A stretch of DNA of 63,844 bases, counting the filler, from Vannella sp. (lineage: Eukaryota), in assembly GCA_023345925.1 (NCBI GenBank). It is 6 parts of 6 records of this genome, joined end to end, with 100 filler letters (N's around TTAATTAATTAA, not from the genome) between each part and the next. Parts side by side here need not be neighbours in the genome. Positions count along the whole stretch, not along the records: positions 34,309 to 60,304 come from JAJQQN010001022.1; 5 more parts are not named here. One strand, written 5' to 3'. Shown one piece after another: positions 34,960 to 46,389 of this stretch. The notes under the pieces are model-generated. The model saw only the letters and a list, made by a program, of their open reading frames with translations. It was not told where the DNA came from and did no database searches. Position numbers and translations under genes: made by a program. Positions within the stretch are counted from its first letter, which is position 1. Each line of letters opens with the position of its first letter.

Positions 34960-37900
34960 ATGAGTGATGAGGTCCCTGCTGGAACTGTGTTCAGTATGCG
35001 GATAGTATCCTTGGACTACTACATGTCCTCTCCCTCGTCTGACATGGACATCTGCTATTCCTCTTTCAATGGACAAAGCGTGGATGCTGTTCCCGTTGTT
35101 CGGGTGTTTGGATCAACGGCTTTGGGGCAGAAGTGTTGCCTTCACCTTCACAAGACGTTCCCCTACTTCTTCGTGCGCATTCCTGAAACGGAGCCCCTCC
35201 AGCAGATTGACGACTTCCTACGAAGACTTTCTCTGTCGATTGACCGAGCCATTCAGGTATCTTTGGGTACACGCGGCTCCAAAGAGGCCCAGTTCGTTCA
35301 TTCGGTCTCTTTGGTCAAAGGAAAGCCATTCTATGGGTTCTATGCTTGCCCTGTCTTATTCTTGAGAGTGTTCCTTTACAATCCTGCTCATATGACCAGA
35401 ATTGTGAATCTCCTACGCAGTGGAGTGATAATGGGACGTTCTTTTGATGTCTATGAGGCACATTTGCCCTACTTACTGCAGATCTTGATTGATTATAGCC
35501 TCTATGGAATGAACATGATCCACCTCTCTTCTGTTCAGTTCAGATTGCCTCTCCCAACAACGCAAAAGCGGGCACCAAAGGCTGGCATCCCCGATGAATC
35601 TTTAGGTCTTTCAAGCGTACTGACATCAACACCAAGTGCGTGGCTCTCCTCCACTGTACCGTCAAGTTGGAAGAATTCACTTCCACGACAATGCCGCTGT
35701 GAGCTGGAAATTGATGCATTTGCAGATTCAATCACCAACATTGCAGATTTATCGTCCACACCACCAATGGAGTCTGATCCTCGATTCGAAATGATTGTTA
35801 AATCTTTGGCAGGATTTTGGCAAGAGGAGAGAGCGCGGAGGAAGAATCTATGTAAAGAACCTAATCCTACTCCCGAGTGCTCCGCCCAAGAGGCGCTGCA
35901 AAATGGGAATTGGGAGGTGCGCACTCCCACGTCACATGAAAAACACCAAAACGCCCAGTTGGAAAAAATCCTGGAAGAGGATCGTAGACGGCATCAGGCG
36001 CAAGCCTCTCCTCACCCATCGTTTTCTCATCTCTCTCCTGCCTCAGAGCTGAGTAAGACTCCTGACGAGTACAGAAAAGAGATGGAATTGTTGGTTTCTT
36101 CACCTGCAATGCTCGAAAAATCTCCAAGATCTAATCTAACCTACGGGGACTTACTCCGTCGTGCATCACATCCTTCAGATGAAAGCTTTTTGGCCCCAAT
36201 TCCAGATACTTCTCCATCGTCCTCTCTATTGTTCTCTGAGACCACTGGGGAAGATACGATGCTCTCCCAGTGCTCTGATTGGGAAATGTTCCGTATTCTC
36301 CAAGAGATGGAGGAGTCTGCTGCGCATCTCTCTGAGGAAGAAAGAGAGAAAGAGAGTGATTCCGAAGAGGAATTTCAAACTGAGCTCCAGGATATAATTG
36401 AATCTTCGGCTGCCTATTATTCACAGTCTATCCCAAATAACAGAGAGACAGTCGCTTCTATGGATGATCTAGAAGATTTGTTGACAAGTTCCCAGCCAAT
36501 CTTTGAATTGTCTCCAGACTATTTCCCTCAGGGAGATGGGGCAGGGGACGATATTCCCAATTATTCTTCAAAAAAGCGAAGCAGATCAAACGGCCGCTAT
36601 TGCTCACTTTTTCCCGATAGAGAGCCCACTCATTCAAGAAAACGACAAAAGGTTGTGCACCAACCCCCACAAGTTAGCAAACCTCCTCGGAAAAAGAAGT
36701 TTGGCCCTTTAGTTCTGGTAACAGATCGACTTGAACGTCAGCCGTCCAGAAGATCGATTCCGATTGCTCGCGCTAATGGCAAGCCTGAGCAGACCCGCAA
36801 ATTGCTTTCCAATCCGTCAGGACTTTCAACTCCTCCGAAAGAGGTAATTCTAGTTCCTAGTACTCCCTCCCCAGTTCCTTTCGAAGAGCTTTCTTTCCCC
36901 AGTCTTTGTGAGGAGTCTGAGGTCATTCTAGTCCAAGATTCCCAACTACCGAATCTTAAAACTCAAAAAGAAGCAACTCTCCAAATCAAAGAAGAGCCTC
37001 TCATCCCTCTTTGTATGTGGTCTCCAGCGGATGCCTCAGATTCTCAAACCAATATTTTCCAAAGTGCTAGTCCACAGCTGAGTCTCGGTGCTCCTTCTCC
37101 ATTTCACTATCCTCTTGCCCAGTCAATATCGTCAAATAGTGAGTCGTATTCGCATTCATTAGTTTTCACTGGGGATTGCGTCAACAATGATGGCGAGATT
37201 GGCACTTTTGAGTCTTTACGAGATCCTGAATGCGATCTTTTGGACCCCAAATCTCAGCTTCTACATTATTCTCAGAAGAAAGAAGAGAGCAATAACAACA
37301 AAGTAAATAGAGCAAGTATTCAAGGTCTTCGTGGTGTTCGATTGAGCCGGCCGCCTCCATCAAAAGAGGATGTTTTTGAAACTTTCTCGAACCATGGCCT
37401 CCCTGCTTGTGAGTATCAGGAAGCTTTTTATTCCAAAGAGGAAGACAAGCCACACAAACCAAATGTTTATGCCGGAAGAACCTTTCGCATTCCTTTGTTG
37501 AACTTGGATCATCTGCCAGAGTTTGAGCCCATCCTTCCACAAGGCCTCAGAGTATCACTGAAAGGGATTGAATACTGGCGACTACTCGCTGAGTCCTTAA
37601 AGCCCAGCGCTTCTGCCGAGCAAGCTGTTGTTCTGGTAAAGGAGCCCCCGTCAAGAGATGAAGTTTGCAGATGGCTGAAAGGTCCGAAGACACTTCATTT
37701 TCCTCCTCCTGATGAACTTTCGCAACTACTTGGACCTACGCCTCGTCCTGGAAACGAATTTGGGTTTGCGTTTAGTCAGAGCGAAAATGGCACCTCCTGC
37801 ACCCCCAAATTGGTGCAACATCTGACAGTCATGTGTGTAGAAATTCACGCCAACACGCGAGGCTCATTGATGCCCAATCCCTCATTTGATTCGGTATCAT

Positions 37901-40323
37901 TTATAGCTTACTCCATCCAACATGACTCAGATTTTGATATCACTGAGAGCAACCCGACCTTCGTCATTATTGTGGAAGAAAGCACACATTCTAGGAGTGG
38001 CTACTTACATCGTACACCGTTCGGAGCCCACATTCGCCGTGCCACTGACGAGAACGAGTTATTCGACATGTTTATCGAGTCTGTCATTAACGAAGATCCA
38101 GATATTCTTGTTGGATGGGAGATTCAAAACTCATCGTTAGGATATCTCATTGAGCGCGCTACAAAGCTCCAAAGGAGCCTTTGCTCTGAATTGAGTCGAG
38201 TACGATCAGCAAGTTTGGCAAGCGACGACATTAGGAGGGATGAATGGGGCCTCAACCATGGGAGCGGCATCAGAATTCCTGGGAGAATCATTCTGAATGC
38301 TTGGAGGATTCTCCGCAGCGAGGTCATTACCAACGTCTACACCTTCGAAAATATGGTGTTTCATGTACTCCATGAGCGACATCCGTTCTACTCTCATGAA
38401 GCCATAACTTCATGGGTATGCGGGCATTCTCGCGAAAAGATACCAGCCTTCCGATCTTCTGTGTTTTGGTTGGGCCTGAAACACATTTGCCAACGTACTG
38501 TACTTACTTTGCGAATGTTAGACCGTTTAGATATCCTTGGGAGGACCTCAGAGCTTGCAAGGCTTTATGGAATTGATTTTTACTCAGTCCTTTCTAGAGG
38601 GTCACAATACCGGGTGGAATCAATGATGCTCCGATTAACAAGGCCTCAAAATTACGTTCTATTGTCTCCTGGTACTGAGCAAGTAGCTGCTATGAATGCT
38701 CCTGAATGTCTTCCTTTGGTAATGGAACCAGAGTCTCAGTTTTACACCAATCCAGTGCTTGTTCTAGACTTTCAATCGCTTTATCCATCCATCATTATTG
38801 CCTACAATCTCTGTTATAGCACCTGTCTTGGAAAGATGAACACAGATACATTCAAAAAACTGGGGGTAACGCATTTAGACCTTCCTGTTGGACTTCTTGG
38901 TTTACTAGGCTCGAAAAATCTGTTCCTTTCTCCTAACGAAGTCCTATTCACAACCGCAGATGTTCGTCGTGGAGTTCTTCCTCGCCTCTTACAGGAGATT
39001 CTCAACACCCGTGTGATGGTAAAGAATGCCATGAAACTTGCTAAAGACAACCCAGCTCTTTACAAACAACTCGATGCCAGACAGTACGGTTTAAAAATGA
39101 TTGCTAATGTGACATTTGGGTACACATCGGCCTCATTCTCTGGAAGGATGCCTTGTGTTGATATTTCAGACACAATCATTCAAACTGCTCGTGAGACCCT
39201 TGAGCGAGCTATTCGGTTTGTAGAAAAGAATTGGCCTGGTTCTCGAGTCGTTTATGGAGACACAGACAGCCTTTTTGTTGAACTACCTGGGGCTTCGAAG
39301 GAGCAAGCCTTCCGAATTGGAAACGAAATTGCTAAAGAAGTGACAAACGCTAATCCTCATCCCGTCAAGCTGAAGTTCGAGAAGGTCTATTTACCTTGCT
39401 TACTGGTTTCCAAAAAACGCTATGTGGGATACATGTACGAGTCTCTAGACCAGAAAGAGCCTCAGTTTGATGCGAAGGGCATCGAGACCGTAAGACGAGA
39501 TCAATGTCCTTTGGTGGCTAAGCTCATGGAGAAGTCTCTGCGCATGCTCTTTGAGAAGCGCAATTTATCCCTCATCAAATCTTATTTGCAAAAGCAGTGG
39601 ACCAAGATCATTCAGAATAGGATCTCTCTGACAGAATTCATCTTTGCCAAAGAGGTGCGTTTGGGAACCTACAGTACAAGGGCTCCACCTCCTCCTGCCG
39701 CTTTGGTCTCCTTGAAACGGATGGCAAAGGATCCTCGAGCTGAGCCACAATATGGAGAGCGAATTTCCTACGTGGTGGTGCATGGGAGTCCCTCCTCCCG
39801 TTTGTATGATTTGGTGATTGATCCCAGAGAAGTGGCTGGAAACAGTGCCTTGTTGATTCATGGGACCTACTACATTCAGAAACAGATTATTCCCGCTCTA
39901 TCCCGGCTGTTCTGCCTGGTTGGTGTGGAAGTCAAAGCATGGTACAACGAAATGCCCCAGCACCTGCGCGTTGAGGTGCGGCCACCTCTCCAACCAGGAG
40001 CAAAAAAGAGTCGCATTGACGAGTATTATGTAACTCGCAGGTGCCCGGTTTGCAGGACAAGTACGAGTACGGGGGTTTGCTCGACTTGTTGGCAAGCTCC
40101 AGCATATACAAGCACAGTTCTCACTCAGAAGATGAAGACTCTTCACGAGCAACGACGCAGAATGGAAGAGATTTGCATGCAATGCACTGGCCATCGGAAC
40201 CAAAGCGACATTGCTTGCGTCACTCTGGATTGTCCCGTCTTCTTTGAACGAGCCAAACTTGTTCAAACTTGTAAAGAGATGGATGGCTTCCAATTGGTCC
40301 TGAAAGAGCTTTCCTTGGATTAG
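34960..40323 (+). CDS. REV3: DNA polymerase zeta catalytic subunit, intronless
   Basis: VPVVRVFG..GQKCCLHLH..FPYF, SRGSQYRVESMM, LDFQSLYPS, KMIANVTFGYTSASFSGRMP, YGDTDS, KGIETVRRD and C-terminal CysA/CysB clusters. Confidence 0.97.
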   Translation: MSDEVPAGTVFSMRIVSLDYYMSSPSSDMDICYSSFNGQSVDAVPVVRVFGSTALGQKCCLHLHKTFPYFFVRIPETEPLQQIDDFLRRLSLSIDRAIQVSLGTRGSKEAQFVHSVSLVKGKPFYGFYACPVLFLRVFLYNPAHMTRIVNLLRSGVIMGRSFDVYEAHLPYLLQILIDYSLYGMNMIHLSSVQFRLPLPTTQKRAPKAGIPDESLGLSSVLTSTPSAWLSSTVPSSWKNSLPRQCRCELEIDAFADSITNIADLSSTPPMESDPRFEMIVKSLAGFWQEERARRKNLCKEPNPTPECSAQEALQNGNWEVRTPTSHEKHQNAQLEKILEEDRRRHQAQASPHPSFSHLSPASELSKTPDEYRKEMELLVSSPAMLEKSPRSNLTYGDLLRRASHPSDESFLAPIPDTSPSSSLLFSETTGEDTMLSQCSDWEMFRILQEMEESAAHLSEEEREKESDSEEEFQTELQDIIESSAAYYSQSIPNNRETVASMDDLEDLLTSSQPIFELSPDYFPQGDGAGDDIPNYSSKKRSRSNGRYCSLFPDREPTHSRKRQKVVHQPPQVSKPPRKKKFGPLVLVTDRLERQPSRRSIPIARANGKPEQTRKLLSNPSGLSTPPKEVILVPSTPSPVPFEELSFPSLCEESEVILVQDSQLPNLKTQKEATLQIKEEPLIPLCMWSPADASDSQTNIFQSASPQLSLGAPSPFHYPLAQSISSNSESYSHSLVFTGDCVNNDGEIGTFESLRDPECDLLDPKSQLLHYSQKKEESNNNKVNRASIQGLRGVRLSRPPPSKEDVFETFSNHGLPACEYQEAFYSKEEDKPHKPNVYAGRTFRIPLLNLDHLPEFEPILPQGLRVSLKGIEYWRLLAESLKPSASAEQAVVLVKEPPSRDEVCRWLKGPKTLHFPPPDELSQLLGPTPRPGNEFGFAFSQSENGTSCTPKLVQHLTVMCVEIHANTRGSLMPNPSFDSVSFIAYSIQHDSDFDITESNPTFVIIVEESTHSRSGYLHRTPFGAHIRRATDENELFDMFIESVINEDPDILVGWEIQNSSLGYLIERATKLQRSLCSELSRVRSASLASDDIRRDEWGLNHGSGIRIPGRIILNAWRILRSEVITNVYTFENMVFHVLHERHPFYSHEAITSWVCGHSREKIPAFRSSVFWLGLKHICQRTVLTLRMLDRLDILGRTSELARLYGIDFYSVLSRGSQYRVESMMLRLTRPQNYVLLSPGTEQVAAMNAPECLPLVMEPESQFYTNPVLVLDFQSLYPSIIIAYNLCYSTCLGKMNTDTFKKLGVTHLDLPVGLLGLLGSKNLFLSPNEVLFTTADVRRGVLPRLLQEILNTRVMVKNAMKLAKDNPALYKQLDARQYGLKMIANVTFGYTSASFSGRMPCVDISDTIIQTARETLERAIRFVEKNWPGSRVVYGDTDSLFVELPGASKEQAFRIGNEIAKEVTNANPHPVKLKFEKVYLPCLLVSKKRYVGYMYESLDQKEPQFDAKGIETVRRDQCPLVAKLMEKSLRMLFEKRNLSLIKSYLQKQWTKIIQNRISLTEFIFAKEVRLGTYSTRAPPPPAALVSLKRMAKDPRAEPQYGERISYVVVHGSPSSRLYDLVIDPREVAGNSALLIHGTYYIQKQIIPALSRLFCLVGVEVKAWYNEMPQHLRVEVRPPLQPGAKKSRIDEYYVTRRCPVCRTSTSTGVCSTCWQAPAYTSTVLTQKMKTLHEQRRRMEEICMQCTGHRNQSDIACVTLDCPVFFERAKLVQTCKEMDGFQLVLKELSLD

Positions 40324-40547
40324 TTGTTCCTCCGTCTATGCAACTTGATGTAGCTCCAGGTCTGTTTTGAGGACAGCCTTGATCAAATAGTAGGAGCGAG
40401 GAGGAAGTTCCTGGCTGGCTGCCTGTCTTGAAAAGTCTAAGAATGGAGATTCTTTCTTTGTCACACAAACCTTCCCAACTTTGAGGTCTTATCTGCCTCC
40501 AATTGATTCTGAAAGGTCTCCTTGGCGAAGTTACTTCAAGCAAACAC

Positions 40548-41099
40548 TCAAAGTTTATGCAATAACTCAACTGCGGCAGTGCCCATCACTTGGGGGACCT
40601 TTTCCTTTGGCAAAAGGAAGAATTTCACTTGCCCCTTCGCCACCTGCTTGCCCGTTTGCTCGTTATAAACCTCCACATTGACTGTGGCCACAGATCCGGA
40701 TGGAGGGAGAGAAGGGGTGTCGGGATGGAGAGTCCCAACGGCCAGGATGTTGACCGAGTCAGGACAAGGCGCCAAGTACTTCACATTCATCTCTGTAGTG
40801 ACCCCGAGCACGCGGCAGTGGTGGAACAGAGTCCAATAGGCACTATCATCAATGATAGAGGACAGAATACCGCCGTGGACGAGGTGGGGGAAGCTTGTCC
40901 GCTGTGGTCCAGCGGGAGGGAAGAATCCTAGAACCTCTCGCACCTGAGACTCTTCCCGCGCATAGAACTTCCCTTGAAGTGAGCTTGGGTTCCCTGGCGC
41001 GCATCCAAAGCACTGAAAAGCGTCTCCCAATGCCTCATGGAAGAAGTTGGGGACGGGAACGAGGTTCCCTCCTCCAAGGAACGGAGGGGCGCTCTCCAT
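40548..41099 (-). CDS. PaaI/hotdog-fold thioesterase
   Basis: CFGCAPGNPSSL, LVHGGILSSIIDD and TTEMNVKYLAP. Confidence 0.9.
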   Translation of the reverse strand: MESAPPFLGGGNLVPVPNFFHEALGDAFQCFGCAPGNPSSLQGKFYAREESQVREVLGFFPPAGPQRTSFPHLVHGGILSSIIDDSAYWTLFHHCRVLGVTTEMNVKYLAPCPDSVNILAVGTLHPDTPSLPPSGSVATVNVEVYNEQTGKQVAKGQVKFFLLPKEKVPQVMGTAAVELLHKL

Positions 41100-41176
41100 C
41101 GTCCTCCCACCAAATACCTTTCTTCACTCCCCACTAGACTTGCTGGAACAGGCCTCAGTCTCATTATCGGGGAGGG

Positions 41177-42465
41177 ATGGGAAGCACCCCGTTGCTGTTT
41201 AATGTGATGGAGGCGGGCTGGGGCACTCGTTTGCATGTCAATTGTGCGACAGAAGATGGGTATGCGGTTCAGAACTTGATAGGAACCCGGGGAGTGAGCC
41301 AGGAGAGGGTTCGGGGCTTCCTGCCTTGCGGGTTCCACCGCCCTCCCTTGTTCCTGACGATTGCGCTTCCTATTGGTGCCAAGTTTGAGCTATATGCCAT
41401 CCGCTTGGCTACTGTAGAGGGAAGCCACTTCACAAAGAAGGTCGGTCTGTTCACAAGTGGAGAAGAAGTGCCGCTTCCATCCTCCTCCTATCTTCCAGCC
41501 ACTGATAACGCTCGCTTTCGGCATTTGGGCACTTTTGATCAGCTCCAGGTAGGAACTAAGTCAATATCTACAAAGTTATCTCAAACATTGGCTAGACTAC
41601 GAGCTCTTGGATTGGAATCAACCGATCCTCCAAGCGGAATGTCTTGTTTCAGAGGCAGGCGCCCACTTGGACCCATCAGCACTCCTGCAATGAGTCCTTT
41701 CGGAGGCCAGAAAACTATTTCACAGGTCTCCGGTCCATCCAGATTAAGTTGTTAGAAGGAGGACCGTCACTCTTGTGCCCAATCTCGTAAGTCCTTTTGG
41801 GGTCAAGTCCAGGAGTCTAAAGAAAGCTAGAACATTGGAAATTTGGTGCGCCTTCGATCTATCTACTCCAGTTAGTGAGCAAGACCGATTATGGATAGCA
41901 CGTTCGCCAATAAGCCTGGAAAGTGATGAAGAGGATGTTATCGATTTGGTCTCTGATGAAGAATTGGATGAGAGAGAATCTTCGAATCAACCCTGCAAGA
42001 TTGGGCCATTGCAAAGCACATCCATTCCGCGAAGAAACCCGCTTTCAAGAATTCTTCGCGAAATACGACCTTTAGAGATGTCAGATCTTTTGGAAATGGA
42101 GAGAAAGCTTGTCGATTCTATTCTTCCAACTGCTGAAGAGGCCGAGAGAATGCTGGAGCAAGCTGGAGTGACTATTCCAACCCACTTTATTGACCCAATT
42201 AGCTGCACTTTGATGTTGGAACCGCGTATTCTGCCCAGTGGACAAAGAATTGATACAGAAACACGTGAGGCCACCTTAGAGACCTCCAAAAGCTACTCAC
42301 ACAAATTTAGTTCGAAATCACCTTCTCCAAAGCCAAGCCAATCCCTACACTGGTCTCCCGCTCCCCAAAGAGATCTTCCCTGACTTAGAGCTTCGCCAAG
42401 AAATAAGCTCATTTCTTTCGCACCATCTCCAACCGTCCCCCAAACGATTTAGATTTGGTAAATAG
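41177..42465 (+). CDS. U-box protein, UBOX5/RNF37-like, multi-exon
   Basis: N-terminal EDGYAVQNLI..GFL..FHRPPL.LTI resembles UBOX5. U-box IPTHFIDPISCTLMLEPRILPSG..ID..T|L..HL....NPYTG. Stop TAG at 42463-42465. Confidence 0.78.
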
Positions 42466-42488
42466 CTCGAGGCCCTCATTCAAAATGA

Positions 42489-42515
42489 GAGAGTTCACGC
42501 CCCAGTAAACCACGC
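42489..42515 (+). mobile_element. Terminal fragment of the MITE-like family
   Basis: GAGAGTTCACGCCCCAGTAAACCACGC closely matches the reverse complement of 60267-60292 (GAGTTCACGACCCCACTAAACCACGC). Confidence 0.65.
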
Positions 42516-42907
42516 ACAAAGTCCCCCCTCGTCTTCTTTTCTGTGACGCTATCTAACGAGCAGAACAAGAAACTTTTAGGCGGAGTGATTAGAGTAGAGG
42601 TGCTGGAATCGTTCGTGAGGTCACAGGAAACTCTTTCCTTCATTCCCAACAAATCGGAAGCAGTCTTACTTGAACGTACTCACACAAGTGAGTTCCTGTT
42701 GATCTCTGAAGAAGCAACCGGATGCTCTGCTCCCGCAATCTTCGAGCTGTGTAGTCTACAGATCCGACCTTCTGTCACAGAAAGATCAATTTTGGCTCTA
42801 AAAATCCGCGGCAGAATGGCGTTCATAAATAGAAGCATAAAATGATTCATTTCCTGGAAGTGATTCTCTTCACCTCTTTCATTTTTTCTTGGCCTTGGCA
42901 TCCAGAG

Positions 42908-45900
42908 ATGGGCACCAAGCCCCATGGTAGCCCGACCGATACAGGTAGCAAAGAGTTATCACCCGAGAAGCATTGTGTAGTTCATGTGAAGAATGGAGAG
43001 TTGAGTGATAGGATCCTGGCCATGTCCTCGGAAGACATCGCGCGGGAAGTTGGAACTAAGAATCCGCGATCCTTCTTACACAAAGCGCTGGACTCTTACT
43101 CCAAATGCCCATCAGAAGGAGGCTTCTTGATCATTAAGCGTTTCATTGAAGTCCTGGAGGGTGAGACACTCCCTCCAACCATTCTTTCTGTGGATCGCAA
43201 CGGCAAGAACATTCTGCATCTGGCTTGCTCTTCTAGCCTTGTCTTCTTGGAGGTGATTAAGCTGATCGCAAAGTTTCCTGATGCTTTATTCTCATTGCTT
43301 CACGATCGTGAAACCTCCGAACAACGAACACCCCTTCACTTTGCCCTCAAATCCATCGACTCTGCCTCGGTAGGAGTTCTTAGACGGTACCTCAGCACGT
43401 CAAAGTTTGAAGAGCTCATGAAAATAGAGGGTGGGAAAGGGCTAACTCCTGTTCAGCTCTGTGTAAAGAGCCAGAGCCCCGAGAATGTTCTTGGCTGTTT
43501 GGAACTTCTCGGATCTCAGGCTGTCGCCCTCATAGGTTGCAGTGCTTCAGACGGAACAGTAAGTTCACTCCAAGTTTTTACTCATTCCTGACAACTCTGA
43601 GCTAGACAGTGATGCATATTCTTGCAAAGAAGAAGGATCCGCAGCTTCTGCTTGCTTATGCTGACGCTCTTGGGGAGCATTTCAGCAATATAGCAGCAAA
43701 GGAAGATTCAAAAGGCTGCAATGTTTTTCATTTGGCAATCCGGTATCATACGTCAGAAACAATCGACTCCTTACTGGACAAGGTTCCAGCTGAATCTGCA
43801 ATCTCACTTCTGATTCAGCAGGATAGGAATCAAATGACGCCATTTCATGTTGCAGTGTGCTTTATGAAAGAGGGTTTCCTTGCAAAGCTCATTTCCCTTC
43901 TTGGCCCAACCGAAGCTTGGAACCAACTGCAAGTGAACGACAAGACAAAAAAACACAATCCCTTTCACTCTGCGGTGATTTATCGCGATCTTTGGTGTAT
44001 TGAGCTTCTTCTCCAGTTAGTTCCAGAGGACAATTTGGCCGAATTCTTAATTCTTCAAGATTCAGAAGGCCAGACAGCACTGAACCTGGCAATGCATCGA
44101 CCGACCTTTCGTGATGGAACCTATCCCACCTTACTTCCAGTCAAATGCGAATCTGGAGATAATATGACAGAAAAGCTGATAGATATCTACAAAAAGGAGG
44201 TGCCAGAGGTGTTCAAACTTAAAACGTATCATTTGACGACTGTATTACAAGATGCTGCCCATTTTCAGCCACCAGAAATTGTTCTGAAGATTATTGAACT
44301 CTCTGATGATCTTGCAGACAGCATACCAGAAGCAGACGCTGATGGATACACTGTCCTTCACATAGCAGCCCAGTATCAACCACAGGAGGTTGTGAGACGA
44401 TTTCTCGATATACTAGATCCCCAGATTGCTTTGAGAGAGATCTTGACTCCTGAACACGATGGATGGACTGTACTTCACTATGCTGTTAAACACCAAAAAA
44501 TGGAGTTCCTACGGGATCTAATCGTGCTTCTGGGAGAACGTGCAATGGATGGCCTGGTCCGAGAAGATAATTGGCACAATACTCCCTTTCACTTAGTCTC
44601 TAAATACTGCTCTGCAGAGTGCGTTGAGTTTGTGATGAATACGTTAGATACTCATCGCCTCAAGTCTGTCATTCAATTGCCTCGAAGTGACGGAAATACC
44701 GCCCTTCACTTAGCCATCAAGTTCCAACCTCCCCAAATTGTTCAAAAAATGCTTGATTGTTTGAAGAAGTCGGCTCCCCGTGTTATTGGACTCGTGAATA
44801 AGGATTACCGAAATGCTTTGTATCTATCTGCTCGCTCAAAGCACGCTGAGATGCTGCCAATGGTTTTCCGAGCTGCATCTCTAGCTGCCAAGGATATGGT
44901 TCTTGTGGAGGATTGTAATCACCTGACTCCTTTGCATGTTATTGTCAAGCGAAGAGGTACCGAGGTCCTGAAGGAAACGTTGGCTTCCTTCCAAGAGAGT
45001 AATGTCAATCTCCTTCATTTGCTGCTTTCCAAAGAGGGATGTGCAATGTCGGTTCTATCGATGCTCGTTCGAGTCTACAACATCGAAGCAAGGCAACTCA
45101 TAAGCCAAATGATTGATGGACAGTCTGCGCTTCATCTTGCCGCTCGTAACCACTCTCAATATGTGATTGGAATACTCTTTACGTCCCTTGGACAAGACGA
45201 CTCTTTGGCATGGTATCTTAGGAATGGAAAAGGGATGTCCTGCTCTGCGTTATCAAAGAAGAACAAATCTTTGAAAGGTAACCGAAGCTGGGAAATTTAC
45301 TATTCTCTTCGCTTCGAGCCCGTCCTTGTTGCCCATATTATGACGACAGCCTTGAACAAACTCACATCTCTTGATCTGAGTTATCTACCCCTCAAGAAAG
45401 TGCTAATGGCAAGTTTTGTCAACTTTGCCTTCGGACTCAAGACTTTAAAACGGTTTGCCGCAAAAAGGTGTCAATTAACAGACAAATCTGTTCAGATACT
45501 CTTACCGTGGTTGAACCGACAGCAGAGCCTGGAGAGTTTGAATCTGTCGGAAAACATGATTACTTGTGCTGCACAACTCTTTGATACTCTTGATAAGCTC
45601 AGTCAGTCTCTGAAAGTGGTACAGCTTCAGTGTAATTTCATTTCCTCTGAGGAAAGTTCTTTCTTCAAGCTCTCTTCTTCTGGTTTGCGCCAATCGAAGA
45701 TGTCAATTGATATCTCATCCAATGGCCTCTATTCAGAAGCTTCTAAGGGTGCCTTACTCACCGTAGAGACATCAGAAGCTGGAATGATACCAATTTATTG
45801 CTATGAAAGGTTTCAATCACACGAAGAAACAGTTGCTAGCCTCTTGAACCCTTTGCATGGCACAGACAGCCGCCATTGGCATGTCATGCTGTGCACCAAG

Positions 45901-46263
45901 CGAAGTAGAGAGCGTGTCAAGATCTTTCTGGAAGGAATGACTGAGAATGGGCAACGAATTATTTGGTACATTCGAGTTCCCCACTTCAAAGCACGAACAA
46001 AGAGCATCCGAGCCGTCACCAAAATTCGGGGACCAGCAACCATCGAATTCGGCCGCTATTCTCGCCAATCCTGGGCTGTTTCGCCACAGAAAGGAAAAGC
46101 TATCTTGGAAGCAGCAGGACAAGATCTTTCTTTGGAGGGAGACACTTCCAGGAGCATTCTGGCGTGGGCGACGACCCTTTTGGGTTCGGTCGGGATTCTT
46201 GTTGTGCGAGAGGCCTTTGAAGATCCTTCCTCAATCCGTTCCAAAAATTGTCAAATAATGTAA
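42908..46263 (+). CDS. Ankyrin-repeat + LRR protein with C-terminal CaaX motif (CQIM), 2 exons, start uncertain
   Basis: About 15 G.T.LH.A-type ankyrin repeats, RI-like LRRs (LTSLDLSY, LESLNLSENMI, LQCNFI) and the ending NCQIM*. An intron starting GTAAGT near 43559 joins the two ORFs. Confidence 0.85.
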
Positions 46264-46292
46264 TTCTTTTGTTATTCCTCATTTCCATTCTC

Positions 46293-46329
46293 TGATTACG
46301 GGGAGAGAGCATTTCCCTCCCCGTAATCA
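46293..46329. repeat. Perfect 13-bp inverted repeat (hairpin)
   Basis: TGATTACGGGGAG (46293-46305) pairs with CTCCCCGTAATCA (46317-46329). The 11-nt loop is AGAGCATTTCC. Confidence 0.9.
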
Positions 46330-46389
46330 CATTTCCCCTCTCCATCGTCGCATTTCCCCTCGGGAGTTCCATTTCTTCTTTCACCCTGG

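Noticed and set aside
34960..40323. Family-B polymerase as a viral or Polinton gene
   Set aside because: It has the Rev3-specific N-terminus, motifs and C-terminal Cys clusters, and is flanked by host genes.
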